64,000 nt of DNA from Octopus sinensis (GCF_006345805.1 NC_043001.1:85994001-86058000), one strand, 5' to 3'. Positions 12,674 to 27,374 are shown, numbered from the stretch's first letter. Made by a program: numbers and translations. The notes: generated by a model not told the origin, from the sequence alone.

Positions 12674-13445
12674 TAGATATATAGATAGATAGATAGACAG
12701 ACATTATACCCACACCTATGTAATATCTTATATTTCGGGTACCATTCAGAAATTTAACGAGGAAATCTTCAATGCGATCGCTCCACCTATTAGAAATAGC
12801 AGCCAACCTCTTTTCAGTTAAACCATGCATGTCTAGTGAATGTAGTCATACATAATTCTCGAAAGACGGGATGGCAACAGTTAAATGTCTTTGATCGTAG
12901 AGCTGCTCGATCAAGTTTACTTCAGGCTAAACAGTAAAGGAAGGCTATTGACTCATCTGATTATTTGAGCCTAAGTAAACAAAGCTGACAGGTCGATCAC
13001 GGATGAAATGCATATAATCATTGGTTCGCTGGATAATGGGCAAGCTTTGGGTTATACAACAATGATTATAATAACAATGGCAACATCAAACTAACTAATG
13101 CTTGAACAGAGAAGGAACTTTGATCAAATTGCTTGGGACAAACTGAACCCCGCTGGCGTGATTGACACGGTTGTAATACATTTTCCCATCGATTTGCTGG
13201 ATATGGGATGGTCTTGAGGCTAACCAACGACAACAACAACAGCAGTAACCACAAAAAACTGTCTTGACGATATCAGGAAAGAGAGGACTCCTTGGGACAA
13301 AATGAACCATTTATATAATAGTCACAGATGGAATACGTTTAACTATAAGTTATCCAGTCAGGGCCAAGATCGATCAGGACCGATCTTGGAACTAAACAAT
13401 ATCAGCAGCAGCAGTAGCACCACCGCCACCAACAACAACAACAGT

Positions 13446-13890
13446 GGAGGCGCAATGGCTCAGTGGTTAGGGCAGCGGACTCGCGGTCATAAGAACGCGG
13501 TTTCGATTCCCAGACTGGGCATTGTAAGTGTTTATGGAACAAAAACACCTAAGCTCAACGAGGCTCCAGTGGCGGGGGTGGGGGTGAACCACAACTTTCA
13601 CCACAACTTTCTCTCGCACTTTCTTCCTATTTCTGCCATAAAGCAGAGGAACCATGGTGTAACCCACTGTGGTGTGGTAAACTTTCAGACCCTAGTCTAG
13701 ATTGCGAATCCTCTGTACCCCAGGATGGTTCAGCTCTCCACCCGTTAAAAAAGCCACCGTTTACGGAATGAGGATAGCAACGTAGCTTTCGTGCCGTGCA
13801 ACCGCCAGACTATTGCGTGTGGTGGGTGGATCTTCAAGTTGCCACACGCATTCTTAGTGGCTTAGAGAAGGCTCGAATTAGAGATTATTC
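13446..13890 (+). mobile_element. tRNA-derived SINE with head C and a unique 3' tail
   Basis: Head ggaggcgcaatggctcagtggttagggcagcggactcgcgg..gtttcgattccc is shared with 23092 and 52153. The sequence after ~13640 matches neither. Confidence 0.65.
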
Positions 13891-14700
13891 TTTGTGGCTA
13901 ATGGCGCGAGTCCTGATTGGAAGAAGAAAAAGAAGACAACAACAACAACATCAACGAAATCATCTCAGCTATATCTAAGGTGCGAGAGGATCTTCTACAA
14001 TAAAGTGAACAAAATGAAACCAACAGGATGGTCCCAGCTGCAGTGTCTTTAATCATAGGCTTGTCTTGATTGGTGATGTTCTTGGAGCTAAACAAGAACA
14101 GCAACAACAAACTAACAAACAACAAGCTGTTTCAACATTATAAGAGCAAGGGGAAACCATCAGGTCTGATTGCTTGGGAGAAAATTTGTTAAAGTCTGCT
14201 AAAAACTAGGCAGTACAAACAAACCTGGGACTATGGATATACCTAAACCCAACTGAAGGTCAACAGAAGTCGCCTAGCATCTGATAGTAGGCGTCAATTG
14301 ATTTTAGAACTTTAAATAAATTACTAAATATTTAGTGGCATATATTGACTTAATAACTGAAACTTTTGATTTATATCTGTGAAGTAGATTTAATTTTCTA
14401 TCAATTATTTTTTTGTTTTTTTGTTTTACTTTTCCAACTTTAAATATCTTATTCCCTGCGTCATCATCATTACTTAAACAGTGGGTATATCCACTACTAA
14501 GTGGATAAATCAATATAATAATAAGTTTGCATTTTAAGAAGGAAAAAAATCATTAACAAATCGACATGATCGATAAAATCTATAAAAGGAAGAGTGTAAC
14601 TTTTATAGTAATGAAGGAAAAGAGAATAACTATTATGAATACTGATGTTGATGTATACGAATGGTGACTGCCGTTTTTGTACTGTTGAATGTAATTTAGA

Positions 14701-14732
<32 letters not shown>

Positions 14733-14834
14733 GTATGTATGTATATATGTATGTATGTATGTGTGTGTGTATGTGTGTTTATGTATGTGTGTACATGTGT
14801 GTGTATGTATATATATATGTGTGTGTGTGTTGAT

Positions 14835-14966
<132 letters not shown>

Positions 14967-15768
14967 TAAATACATATCTGTACATATATATGTGTAGGTG
15001 TACGCGGTATGTGTATGCGTTTCTGTATGTGTATGTGTATGTATATGTGTTTGAGGATATGTGTGTTTATACCAGAACATCTATGCGAACTTTACTACAA
15101 AACCTGCCAACATATGTATGAGTGATGTGTGTGCACGCAAAATGTGTATTTCATAAGAAAAGGGATAAAAAAAATTTCAGATTTACACGCGCGCAAACAC
15201 ACACATCGACGCAAATATGTACTTGCACGTGCGAACATATACGCATATACACACATGAACACACAGGCCACCAATGCTCGCATTCATGCAGTCACATATA
15301 CATAAACACAAAAACTCATACACATTCATACACAGGCACACATGCACACATGCACATACGCACACGTACTTTCCCACAAACTTTTCATATTAATGCAGAC
15401 AAGCACGCGCATTAAATTGTATATCCAGTATAATATATTAACGGTAGATTATACATATGTTGTGTATAAGAGTGACATTAATAAAGCAATCTTCAAATCA
15501 TAAGATATGCATCATTGATATGTCTGCAGACGACTCGTGCGTTATATTCCATTAGGTTTGTCTTTTCTTTCATTTATTCTCAATAAAATCCCAGTTGAAG
15601 CAGAACAGAAATGAATGAAAGTTAAAGTTTTCAAAATGGCCGAACATATCGTCTGCCGTATTGAAAAATACGTCTAACGCTATTGTTTCACAGCTTTTTT
15701 CATGTATATGCATGCGTGTGTGTATGTGTGTGTGTGCGTGCGCGTGTGTGAGTGTGTGCGCGCGCGTG

Positions 15769-15826
<58 letters not shown>

Positions 15827-16360
15827 CCAAGATGGAAAGAAGTTTAAAAAGTTCGTTTCACAACCACAAAGTCCATTCCTATCTTCGATGTTCCTGTGAG
15901 TCATCTTAAATAAATGTTGCTCTCTATAGCTTCTGGGCGCACCATATCTTTATTAATTAACATCTGTTTCGCAATCCGTGTAAGTTACATAATTGATGCT
16001 ACTTAATCTGTTACACATAAATATGAATGTATATATATGTGCGTGTTTATACATACACACACACGCACACACACGCACACACACACACATAGCTATCTAT
16101 ATATCTATGTATCTATTTATATATCCCCTTGCAGACGAGAAGCGGCACTGACCGCATCCAAACACTGTGTATATGAGGAGGGTGATGTCTCGCTACGTGA
16201 GAATCTATAAATACCCTGTAAAACCCCTTGCATGAAAACTTAAGTACTAAATCCGGTTGCGAGTGTATATATATATATACATATATACATAATGTATATA
16301 TATATGTGTGTGTGTATATGTATATGTATATAAATACATATGTATATGTATATAAATACA

Positions 16361-17007
<647 letters not shown>

Positions 17008-17478
17008 GTTTACATAAAGTAACCGTACTCGGCTTCCTCGTCAACCTTCCGGAACCTGGCGCATACTTTCCTAACTCTGTCCTGAGAATAATTTCGAAAA
17101 CTTCTATGATCTTCGCCACCTGTCCAATCTTGGTGTTTCAGGTAGAGTGGATGGTGTCTTTCGCAACCGTACCCCACACAAAGTAATCCATGGGATTACA
17201 ATAGGAATTAAGATGCCAGAAATTGGGAATAGTGAAATTGTAGATATCCTCGGACAATCACTTCTGACTTTCTCCGGCTTTCAGTTGCCTTTGTCAACAA
17301 ACTTTTTCTCAACTACCACTTAATATTTATGCTCTTCACTGCCGTTGACTGTTCTCCAATGTATTAAGTTATTCCTGAAAAAAAGGGAATTTAGCTGCCC
17401 GAATACTTTCATTCTTTGAGGTTTTATCTTTATATGTACATTACATATACATATACACACACACATACTCTCTCTATA

Positions 17479-17543
<65 letters not shown>

Positions 17544-17786
17544 CTGTCTCTCTCTCTCACACACACACCTTTGCACACTTATACAAACATACATACATAC
17601 ACACATACATACACTCACATACGCATGTTGGTAGATTCACATACATTTAAGATTCACATAACGTTCATAAGATGATTTTTTTTTTTGGCACATTTCAAAA
17701 GACATCAAAATATTGAATACTATTTTGTGTCCGATTCAGTATTGTTATGTCTCAGTAGAGTTGTTTATTTTACAGCACACTTTTAA

Positions 17787-17980
17787 GGCAGGGAGCTGGC
17801 AGAATCGTTAACTCATGCGTCTTTACCTTTCGAATTCAAATTACGCCGAGGTCAACTTCGCTTATACTTTTTGTGTCGATGAAGCAAATACAAGCTGTGT
17901 ACCAGAGCCGATTTGATCGACTATCTCTCTTCCAATAAATTTCAGGCTTTGTGTCTGTTGTATAGAAGACTGTATAGCAT
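17787..17980 (+). mobile_element. Family A SINE (degenerate)
   Basis: ggcagggagctggcagaatcgtt..gaattcaaattacgccgaggtcaacttcgc..gtcgat..aaatttcaggctttgtg. Confidence 0.6.
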
Positions 17981-18115
17981 CCATCATTCACAAAATAAAC
18001 GGTATTATCTCCCTACTTTTTTCCTTTTTTTTTTTGTCTTTTGTTCCTTCTCAGCTACATTCCCTACAGTAATACATATAAAAATATATCACTTCGCAAG
18101 TTTTTGTTTTAAGTA

Positions 18116-18380
18116 AGATCCCGAAAGAGATCAAAGAGGAAAAGGATCCCATCACCTTTAAACGGAGTCTGGACTGATTTCTTCAAGGAATACCGGATAG
18201 GCCACGCATACCTGGATACAACTCACTCAACAAGAAGTCACTAGTTGAATGGACCATAAACAAAACTTGACTTAAACAGGATTTAGATATTTAGATAATC
18301 CTATCAGGAGGTGCTATTAAGTTAGACATGGCCTGAACCAATCTTTGGTCGAAACATATCTAAGTTTTATCTAAGTTTTA
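18116..18380 (+). mobile_element. CR1-clade LINE 3' end
   Basis: IPKEIKEEKDPITFKRSLD*FLQGIPDRPRIPGYNSLNKKSLVEWT; 3' UTR with the stem-loop region accaatctttggtc and a tandem tail atctaagtttt. Homologous to 45791-46014. Confidence 0.65.
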
Positions 18381-18984
18381 AGTACAGTTAGAAGTAGTAA
18401 AATTAAATCACATTCTTTCTATTTAGCTACTGGAATATGAAGACTTCAACGACTAAGAGGCATCAAAAGTTTTCACTGAATAGGTTAGTAAAACACGTTC
18501 TAGAAATAAATGTGACGGGAGAAAAATTGTAGGAAAAAAAGAAAACAAGTCGGGGAATACCAGAGAAACAAATGGAAGGTTTATACTACGTCAACGAGGT
18601 GAGTATTATACTTCTTAGAAATACATCGACTTATTAAAAGTAACATCCAAATTGTTATAAAATCGTCTTAAAATAGGGATGGATGCATTAGTTGATTCGC
18701 TCCTAGGTACAAAGTGCCAAAGACCGAATTTCTGTCGTTCAACACTGACTCAGTTATTTGATTAACAGAATTACCTGCTCCAGTATTTACTTACAAGTTG
18801 CTGAGAATTCCACAGAGACGTGTATCCTTAACGTTAATGTTAGGAACAATCAGTGTCACTCTGTATGTAACAAAGGTGTACCATTGAATTACTGGTACAA
18901 TCCAGCCGAGAGGTTTCTGCACAGTTCCATTGTTTTTACATTTCTTTCTTTCTTTTCTCTTTTTACCTGTAACTTTTTCTTGCT

Positions 18985-19099
18985 TCAGTCCAAGTTAATT
19001 GGAAGCAAACAAACCAGCACCGGTTGTCAAGTGGTAATGGAGAACAAACAAGCTCACACATAGACACACGGACAGTTAGACGCAGATTGATAGATAGAC

Positions 19100-19186
<87 letters not shown>

Positions 19187-19350
19187 CATCCTCACGTTTC
19201 TTTCAATTTCCACCTGCCAAATCCACTCAGAAGGCTTTTGTTGGTCCGGGGCTATAGTAGGAAATACTTGCTCAAGGTGCTACGCAGTAAGACAGAACCC
19301 GTAGCCATGTGGTTGGGGCGTAAGCTTCTTACGACATATCCAGGCCTGCA
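18985..19350 (-). mobile_element. Family B bipartite SINE with internal (GATA)n
   Basis: Truncated right arm at 18985-19065, microsatellite at 19085-19185, and left arm with tRNA-like head at 19190-19350. Confidence 0.6.
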
Positions 19351-20011
19351 TCCCTACATACATATGTAAGACAGGATGGTCGTGATGGCAACGATTTTGA
19401 TCGTTGCTAAATCAAAACAATATACAGTGCAGTTCAGTCAACATATAGGCATGATACCACCTGAATTCAAGAGGAAGTATTACCGATCCAAACGCCTGAA
19501 CACATATGAAATGAAAAGCCACACCACATTAAACACACAAGATGTGAGGTTAATGGTCCTTTTTTTATGATTTCTTTCTTAATAATAGTTTATTCAGAAT
19601 TATCTGCCGGATAAAATAGAATTTAATTCTACAGCTTAAAAGAAGAAAAGAAAAGAGCTTAATCAATAAATGTTGCTATTAGTTTCATTGGTACCACGTG
19701 ATAGTTTAATCTTTGTCTAGTGACATGTGGTTTAGTTAGGTAAATTTATTTATCACGTTTTCACCCTCTCACACTTAATCTGCATCAACCTTTCTCCTCT
19801 CATTTTATTGGTCCCCTCTCATTCTTAACGCATTTCTGACTCGTTCTGTTTTCTTTCACATATTCTTATCTTTCTCTTAATCTTTCTCCTCCCCTCTTTA
19901 GTTTAATATTTTCTTCTTCTTCTCACTATATCTCTTTCTCTCTCAATCACTATTCGCTCTATCTCTCTTACTCACTCCCCCTCTTTCCTTCCTCCTCTCT
20001 CTCTGTCTATG

Positions 20012-20050
<39 letters not shown>

Positions 20051-20461
20051 TTTCACCTAGACAGTTTTACTCCATTTCTTCCCATTTTATTTTCTTTAAT
20101 TTCTCCTTTTATCTTTCAATTTTCTACTTCCACCTTTTCTTCTGTCACTCATAAGAATTTCTCTTCCTATTACCCTCGTTATTTTCGCTTTTATTTTCTT
20201 TTTTTCCAGTCTTCCAACTCTCTTTTCCTTTCTTCTTGAATGCCATTTATCTTTATTTCTTTCTTTTTCCCTTAGACCTTTCTTTGTTCATCCTTCTTAT
20301 TTCTCTCTCTCTTCGTTTCCCCTCTTCTTGTCTTTTCTCTCCCTGCGTCCCTTTTTATCGCTCTCTTTTCATCAATCTCTTCCATCTTTTCTTTTTTTCT
20401 GTAGCTTTTGATCTCCTATATTTTTACATCTTTCCTTCAAAATTTCATTCTGCATTTTCTT

Positions 20462-20526
<65 letters not shown>

Positions 20527-21222
20527 GTTTTTTTCCTTCTTTCTACGAATTTTCTTCCGTTTCTCGCCGAGTGTTTTCCATACACCTAGGGCAGAGAAGG
20601 GCATTGTATGCATTCCCAGATTACACGCGCAAATTCACAGATAAAATATGTATTTAAAAGTTAATTAACAAATAAATTCATGGATGGATGTTATTTTCAC
20701 AGCGATAGTGCTCTTCTCAGTACATGAGCCGTTCCAGTTAATACGATTTTTTGCACTTCCTGTAGAGATGGTAAGCCTGGAATCATTTTCAAATAGGTTT
20801 CAGTACCTTTTTTTTATCATTCCTAGAGATCCTACAATCACTGGTACTGTAGTCGCCTTGAGATGCCACATTTTTTCAATTTCCATTAGCAGGTCTTTAT
20901 ATTTACTAATCTTGTCAAATTCTTTCGCCGCTATATTGTGATCACAGGGAATACTCATGTCAATTAATAAACACATCCTTTTTGTCTGATATTTTATAAT
21001 AATATCCGGTTTATTAGCTTTTATAGTCCTGTCGGTCTGCACGGGGAAGTCCCATAGAATCGACACATTTTCTCCCTCAGTCACAGCTTCAGGATGATGT
21101 TTATACCATTTGTCAGCGGTTTTGATTTTATAATGTCGACAAATTGTCCGATGTAAATACTGGCCGACTCTGTCATGTCTTGCTTTATATTCTGCAGGGT
21201 CTAAGACTCTACACCCTGTTGT
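20527..21222 (-). mobile_element. 5'-truncated R4/Dong-like RLE retrotransposon
   Basis: GCRVLDPAEYKARHDRVGQYLH..ILWDFPVQTDRTIKANKPDIIIK..LLIDMSIPCD..KISKYKDL..MW..VGSLGMIKK, frameshifting to GTETYLKMIPG..LTGTAHVLRRALSL*; (TAA)n on both flanks. Confidence 0.88.
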
Positions 21223-21260
21223 TATTATTATTAGTAGTATTAGTATTAGTATTATTATTA

Positions 21261-21431
21261 TTCCTTCGTAACACAGTGTAGGTAAAAATGCACCAGCGTC
21301 TTTAGTCATCTGCCAAGTCACAGCAAGGACCTCAGACAGATAATACTTTCCTTAAAATGTGCGCTGTGCCCAATAAGGCTGCTTTTTGTAAGACATCAAT
21401 CTTGCATGGGATTTCCAGTTGCCTTAAGAAG
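21261..21431 (-). mobile_element. Extremely short R4/Dong-like 3' fragment from a different subfamily
   Basis: FLRQLEIPCKIDVLQKAALLGTAHILRKVLSV* plus a short 3' UTR, with (TAA)n on both sides. Confidence 0.75.
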
Positions 21432-21448
21432 TATTATTATTATCATCA

Positions 21449-21510
<62 letters not shown>

Positions 21511-23091
21511 TCTCTCGATTTTTCGTTCTTTCTTTCATCCACTTCTTGTTCTCTTTTACCCTTTGCTTTTAGCTTTCTTTTCTCGACGCCTCTCTTCTCC
21601 TTTCAATATATATTCTCCAAGACATATAATAATAAAATCGTAAGTCAAGCATCAGACTATACGTTTGTGTCCCAGTATATGTGTCAAAGAAACAGAAGAG
21701 TCACAATAAGAGACATCAGATACGATGTAGATCCATGGTTAGCAATGACCATTGTGTCCTCAGTATGGGTAAGTGTTGTCAAAGCAGAATTAACAAAAGA
21801 TGACTTGTAGAGCGGGTCATCAAAATGGGTTTATAAGGCCTAATGAAACTCGAAAGCCATAGAATCATCCTGAAAGTGTATCTAGTAGAAAGTACCGAGA
21901 CAAAACGCAAGAGATTAATGATACAGGACAGAAAGTTACTTGTTAACATTTGTCGTGGTACGATACACCTTAGATCCGAATACCTCGGAGAACTGCAACG
22001 ATTAAACAGTTACAGAAAGGGAAAAAATCGAAAAGCAACAAGAAAAAGAACAGTGGTTCCCAGTTTCTAGACAATATTCTGGGAATAGGAAAGGAAATAT
22101 CTTAAGGTTCAATATCACAGATAAGCGAGTAAATACACGAAAGGATGAGAGGCAAAGTTGACCTCAGCGGAATTTGAACTCAAAACTTAAAGGCAAGAGA
22201 AATACTATCAAGGCATTTTGTCTAGGACGGTAATGATTCTTCCAACTCGTGGTGCCAACTCGGGCCTTAACCACCACAAATAATAACAACAACAACAATA
22301 ATAATAATATAGGACAGTGATTGACAGAATCCGCTGAAAGCCAATTTAAACAAGAACGAGTTGTAGAGTGATGTCAATTTAATCGACATTATCACATACT
22401 GACAAATTTGAGACCTTGTACCGATCTACCAAATTATTATTTATTATTTTTCTATTACTTCAGTTTCCAAGCGAATCGAATCAAATTTCTACTGTTCTGA
22501 TTGAAAATCGATGTCTTTTCAATAATTGAAGATTGTTAGCATACAATCAAGATATTTAGTTTATTGATAACAAGCTGTCTTCTATTAAGGTTAAAGTTGG
22601 AAGCTATTAATCTTTTGGTCACAATCGAGATTAAAATTGTCCATGTATTTAGCCGAACATTCACATCTAAGTCAAACAATCAACTAAAAACACATTCCTA
22701 AGATGTCTCTTTTGACCAACAAAGATATCTACCTTTTGTTTCATTTAGTTGTTTTTGTTGCTCTATTGTTGATATTATTTTTTTGTCTGCTCCGCTTTTT
22801 CTCTTACACTTCAACCCCGTTTTTCTTTCTCTTACTCTTTCTTTCCTTCTCCTTCTCGGCCCCTCTCTCTTTCTTCAAGCTCTTCTGGTCTGAAAGCACT
22901 TATGGTCCTTACTGCTACGTTTGACATTTGTTCTTTCTGCCCATCCTAAAAAGTTTCATCCATTTTCTGACTGCGCATGCAACAGGATTCAATTCCAGAT
23001 TAGCTTTAGGGTATCACGGTATCTAGTACTCTCCTCTTTAGAAGAGCAATCCTTCATTGTGAGCCATACATCCTGTACAGCTTACTTCAGT

Positions 23092-23388
23092 GGAGGCACA
23101 TGGCCCAGTGGTTAGAGCAGCGGACTCGCGGTCGAGGGATCGCGTGTTCGAATCACAGACCGGGCGATATGTGTTTATGAGCGAAGCACCTAAACTCCAC
23201 GCGGCTCCGACAGAGGGTAATGGCGAACTTCTGCTGACTCTTTCGCCACAACTTTCTCTCACTCTTTCCTCCTGCATCTTGCAGCTCACTTGCGACGGAC
23301 TGGCATTCCGTCCAAGTGGGGAACCAATACGCCAAGGAAACCGGGAAACTGGCCCTTATGAACCAGGTGTGGCTCGAGAAGCAACAAT
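23092..23388 (+). mobile_element. SINE with head C and tail X
   Basis: Head ggaggcacatggcccagtggttagagcagcggactcgcgg..gttcgaatc; tail gcgacggactggc..ggggaaccaatacgcc..gaaaccgggaaactggccc. Confidence 0.7.
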
Positions 23389-23461
23389 CATACAGCTTAT
23401 TTCAGCTTTTCCGTGCTTGCAATTTCCATCTCTTTCTATATTTACATTGCAACACCTCACT

Positions 23462-23870
23462 TTATTTACTTTTACTTTTACTTGTTTCAACCATTTGACT
23501 GCGACCATGCTGGAGCATCACCTTTAGTCGAGCAAATCGACCCCAGGACTTATTCTTTGTAAGTCTAGTACTTATTCTATCCATCTCTTTTGCCGAACCA
23601 CTAAGTTACGGGGGCATAAACACACCAACATCAGTTGTCAAACAATGTTAGGAGGACAAAAAAGACACACAAACATACACACACGCACATATACATATAT
23701 ATATATATACGACGGGCTTCATTCAGTTTCCATCTACCAAATCCACTCGCAATGCTTTTGTCGGCTCGAGGCTATAGTAGAAGACAGTTGCCCATGGTGC
23801 CACGTAGTAGGACTGAACCCGGAACCATGTGGTTCGTAAGCAAGCTACTTACCACACAGCCACTCTTGCG
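23462..23870 (-). mobile_element. Family B bipartite SINE, full length
   Basis: Both arms present with an internal (CA/TA)n; colinear with 31334-31775. Confidence 0.75.
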
Positions 23871-24658
23871 CCCTAAAATAATTTCTGCAATTATTTTAAC
23901 TCGATTAATGGCCTTTTAAACCCAGCACTGCCAGTGACACAATTAGTACTTATATAGCGTCTCAGTTGTTTACGCCAGAGGATGAATCTTCTGTCCATGG
24001 TACACGTGTCCAATGAGACTAAAGTTAGTTTTCACCTTATAACATTTATAGCAACACCTAATATGAAAAGAGAAGTCAATATGTGAAGACGTGAGTTTAT
24101 TATTGTTATTGTTAGTGGCAGTAGATGTGGTGGTAGAGGTGGTAGTGGTGGTGGAGGTGTGTAGTGGTGTTTGTTAATCTCAGTTTAACCTTGATACAGT
24201 GGACCTTTTATGTAAGTTTCAGTTTTGACCATCCGATCTTTTTACTAGGTGTCAACCTCAGAAGTTTCGAAGAGGTTACGTAGAACACTATCAGGTATAT
24301 TTCCTGCAGACAAAACCAATACGAAAAATCTAAAAAAGATTGCATTTCTTATTATATCGTTTCATTCAAGAACTCAGAAACTAGTCTCTGGTTGCAGGCT
24401 TAGCTGGATGGAGGTGCTTGTCTCCCCCTTGTAAACATAAGGACACAGGAAAAGTGTCAAGGCCGACTGGAAGCGTTGATGCTACCTATAAATAGCAGTG
24501 GTGTGATTCCCTTCATGGGACTGTCACATTAAGTTGACAGTATACAACTACTCTATCGTACCACTACTGCTTATATCTCTCTGACATATTTAGAAATATA
24601 AAATTCATATATATACAGAGAGTGAGAGAGAGAGAGAGAGAGAAAGAAAGAAAGAAAA

Positions 24659-24723
<65 letters not shown>

Positions 24724-24724
24724 G

Positions 24725-24915
24725 TGTGTCTTTGCACCTATTTGTCTTACTACCACCACCGCTTGACAACCGTTGTTGGTTTGTTTACGAAATGTACCTT
24801 AGCAGTTCGATAAACAAATGCTGATAGAATATTACCAGATTTAACTAAACAAAAATACTGTTGTCGATTTGTTCCACTAAAACACTTCAAAGCAGTACAC
24901 CAGCATGGCCGCAGT
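24725..24915 (+). mobile_element. Family B SINE right half after (GAAA)n
   Basis: cgcttgacaaccgttgttggt..ccttagcagttcg..gtcgatttgttccactaaa..cagcatggccgcag. Confidence 0.55.
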
Positions 24916-25254
24916 TCAAAGACTAAATCAAGCAAAAGAAAAAAATATTCACAATTTTGTTATACTCATGTACGGAAAGAAATAATTTATTTTACAGATT
25001 TTTCCTTTTTTTTTTTTTTTGTACTTTAAAATAAAATCTTGTTTTAATTCTCATACGAAGCACTCTAGTAATTATTTTTGAATTTCACTCCCCAGGGCAT
25101 CAGTACGTTTATTAATTGAACCTCTGGTGTTCCGATAATAATTATTTATTTAATATCCTCTACGCCACGCAGCCAAAAAAGTGAGAACTACTGAATAGAA
25201 ATTAATTTAGTTGTTGTGCTTAAGGGTCGGGGTTACTTTTGTAAATAATGATTT

Positions 25255-25805
25255 CTGGTTGAGACACACGGCTAGCAATTTTAAGGGAAGGAATTTAGTC
25301 GATATATATCTTATTTTATCGATTCCAGAAGTACGAAAGGCAAAGTTGACTTCGGTCGGATTTCAGCTCAAAACGTAAAGAGCCGGAAGTCGACTTAGAC
25401 ACATGGACAGAAATTTCAAGGGCGAAGAGATTTCTTAATACTATTTACCGCAGTATGGGAACGGGGTTTTATTGTAACCATGTGCCAATATTCTTTTCTA
25501 CTCTAGACACAAGGCTCAAAATTTTGAGGAAGAGGGCCAGTCGATTACATCGACCCCAGTACGCAACGGGTACTTAATTTATGGACCCGGAAAGGATGAA
25601 AGGCAAAGTCGACCTCGGCGGAATTTGAACTCAGAACGTAAAAACAGACGAAATACCGCAAAGCATTACGCCCGGACTGCTAACATTTCTGCCAGCTCGC
25701 CGTCTTACCGCGTGCCAATATTACCGTTGCGCAGGCAGCGATCTGGCAGAATTGTTAACAGTCCGGGCAAAACGCTTTTCGTCAGTCTTTACATTCTAAA
25801 GGTCT
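25255..25805. mobile_element. Cluster of family A SINEs (two minus-strand copies, one plus-strand head)
   Basis: Minus copies at ~25255-25390 and ~25500-25705 (ggaatttgaactcagaacg), and a plus-strand head tggcagaattgttaac at ~25735. Confidence 0.65.
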
Positions 25806-26256
25806 GATGGTCTGATGGAGGTGATTGTAGTAGGAGATGGTGATCTCGACAACTACCACAACCACGGCGACGACGAAGAAGCGGCATCTACAGCGACATC
25901 GGCGACATCAGCGGCGGGGGCGGCAATGACAAAGACAAGGGGAACAACGACGAGGACGACGGCGGCGACGGTCACGACGACGACGGTGGTGGCGGCGACG
26001 ATGCTCAGATGCGACGACCACGATGCCGACGACGTTGATGGCGAAGATGACGATGATGGCAATGGAGATATTGATTTTGATCATTGTGTTTCTATGATGA
26101 TATTAACGCTGGTCCTGATAGGGGTGATTCTGACAGTGACAAACTAATAATCATCATATAACACCGTAGATTAGTGGCGATTGCCTAATATGTAGCATAC
26201 ATTTATACATACATACAATTATACACATATACACATGTGTATATATATACATACAA

Positions 26257-26288
<32 letters not shown>

Positions 26289-26334
26289 CTGTGTGTGCGC
26301 GTGTGTGTGTGTGTGAGTGTGTATGTTTGTGTGT

Positions 26335-26566
26335 GGAGGGGCGTGGTTTAGTGGTTAGGGTGTCAGCATCATGAGCGTAAGATTGTGGTTTCGATTCCTG
26401 GACCGGGCGACGCGTTGTGTTCTTGAGCAAAATACTTCATTTCACGTTGCCCCAGTCCACTCAGCTGACAAAAATGAGTAACTCTGCGATGGACTGCTGG
26501 GGAACACATACGCCATTGAAACTGGGAAACCGGGCCCATAAGCCTGGCTAGGCTTTAAAAGGGCGT
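26335..26566 (+). mobile_element. SINE with head D and tail X
   Basis: Head ggcgtggtttagtggttaggg..gtttcgattcctggaccgggcgacgcgttgtgttcttgagcaa..cagtccactcagctgacaaaaatgagta, then a tail homologous to 23285-23388. Confidence 0.7.
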
Positions 26567-26574
26567 ATTTATTT

Positions 26575-26614
<40 letters not shown>

Positions 26615-26615
<1 letters not shown>

Positions 26616-27136
26616 CGTAGATCCTCGAGTATAGTCCGCCTTTAAGTATAATATGCAGGGGATTTTTAGGGACCTGTACCTCGGAAAAACCTAAACCTTG
26701 TGTATAATACGCACCCCTTCTCTAACTTGAGACAAGGAGGTCTATATAACGTCCTTGGTTTGTAAAAATGTATACGGTAACGTCCTTTATTATTATAGTT
26801 CATATAATATAATGCAAACGTGTAGCTTTTTTGTGCATTTTGTTTGCAGAAAATAAAGAAATAACAGTAATAACAGTAATAACGTTTAATAAATGTTGCT
26901 TACTGCAAGTTATGAATGATTCTTTTATGATTTCATTGCTTTCAGGCTTAGCTTAAGGTATTTTCGCGCCCGACATCACAAAATGCGTCTGAATAAACAT
27001 TGCCGGTCAGCAAATAGAGACTTGGACATTGCTTAGAAAATAATTTTCTTTTTTAACCTCGTATATAGTACGCACTAGGGATTTTAACCGTTAAATTTTT
27101 TGGGGAAAAATGCGGATTATAGTCGAGGTTTTACGG
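26615..27136. mobile_element. Tc2/pogo-like MITE (522 bp)
   Basis: TIRs ccgtagatcctcgagtatagtccgc / gcggattatagtcgaggttttacgg with TA flanks; no ORF. The family is assigned from the CCGTA..TATA terminus (remembered). Confidence 0.75.
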
Positions 27137-27328
27137 TATATATGGAACAAAAACGCAACAGAGAACAATAAAACATTCGGACAGATAGACTATACAAAGA
27201 CGGACAAGAGAAACAATACGACATATCTGTTGTGTAATCCGTGTAAGTTACATAATTGATGCCACTTCATCCGTTACACATAACATGAATATATATGTGT
27301 GTGTGTGTGTGTGTGTGTACACATTCAT

Positions 27329-27359
<31 letters not shown>

Positions 27360-27374
27360 TATATAAAAATAATT

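Noticed and set aside
12860-14285. IAWDKL / IAWEKIC peptides suggestive of LINE RT downstream motifs
   Set aside because: Isolated short matches with no colinear flanking motifs.
21600-22070. Possible decayed Tx1 ORF1 (RVTIRDIRYDVDP..HLRSEY)
   Set aside because: The resemblance to an RRM/zinc knuckle is too faint to support without a profile search.
23092-23165. tRNA genes at SINE heads (also 13446, 26335, 31334, 52153)
   Set aside because: A and B boxes are present, but I could not build a full cloverleaf and each continues into a SINE body.
25815-26147. GC-rich 110-aa ORF with Thr/Ala/Asp runs and a hydrophobic end
   Set aside because: Degenerate GAC/GGC/GAT triplet tract with no splice or homology support.
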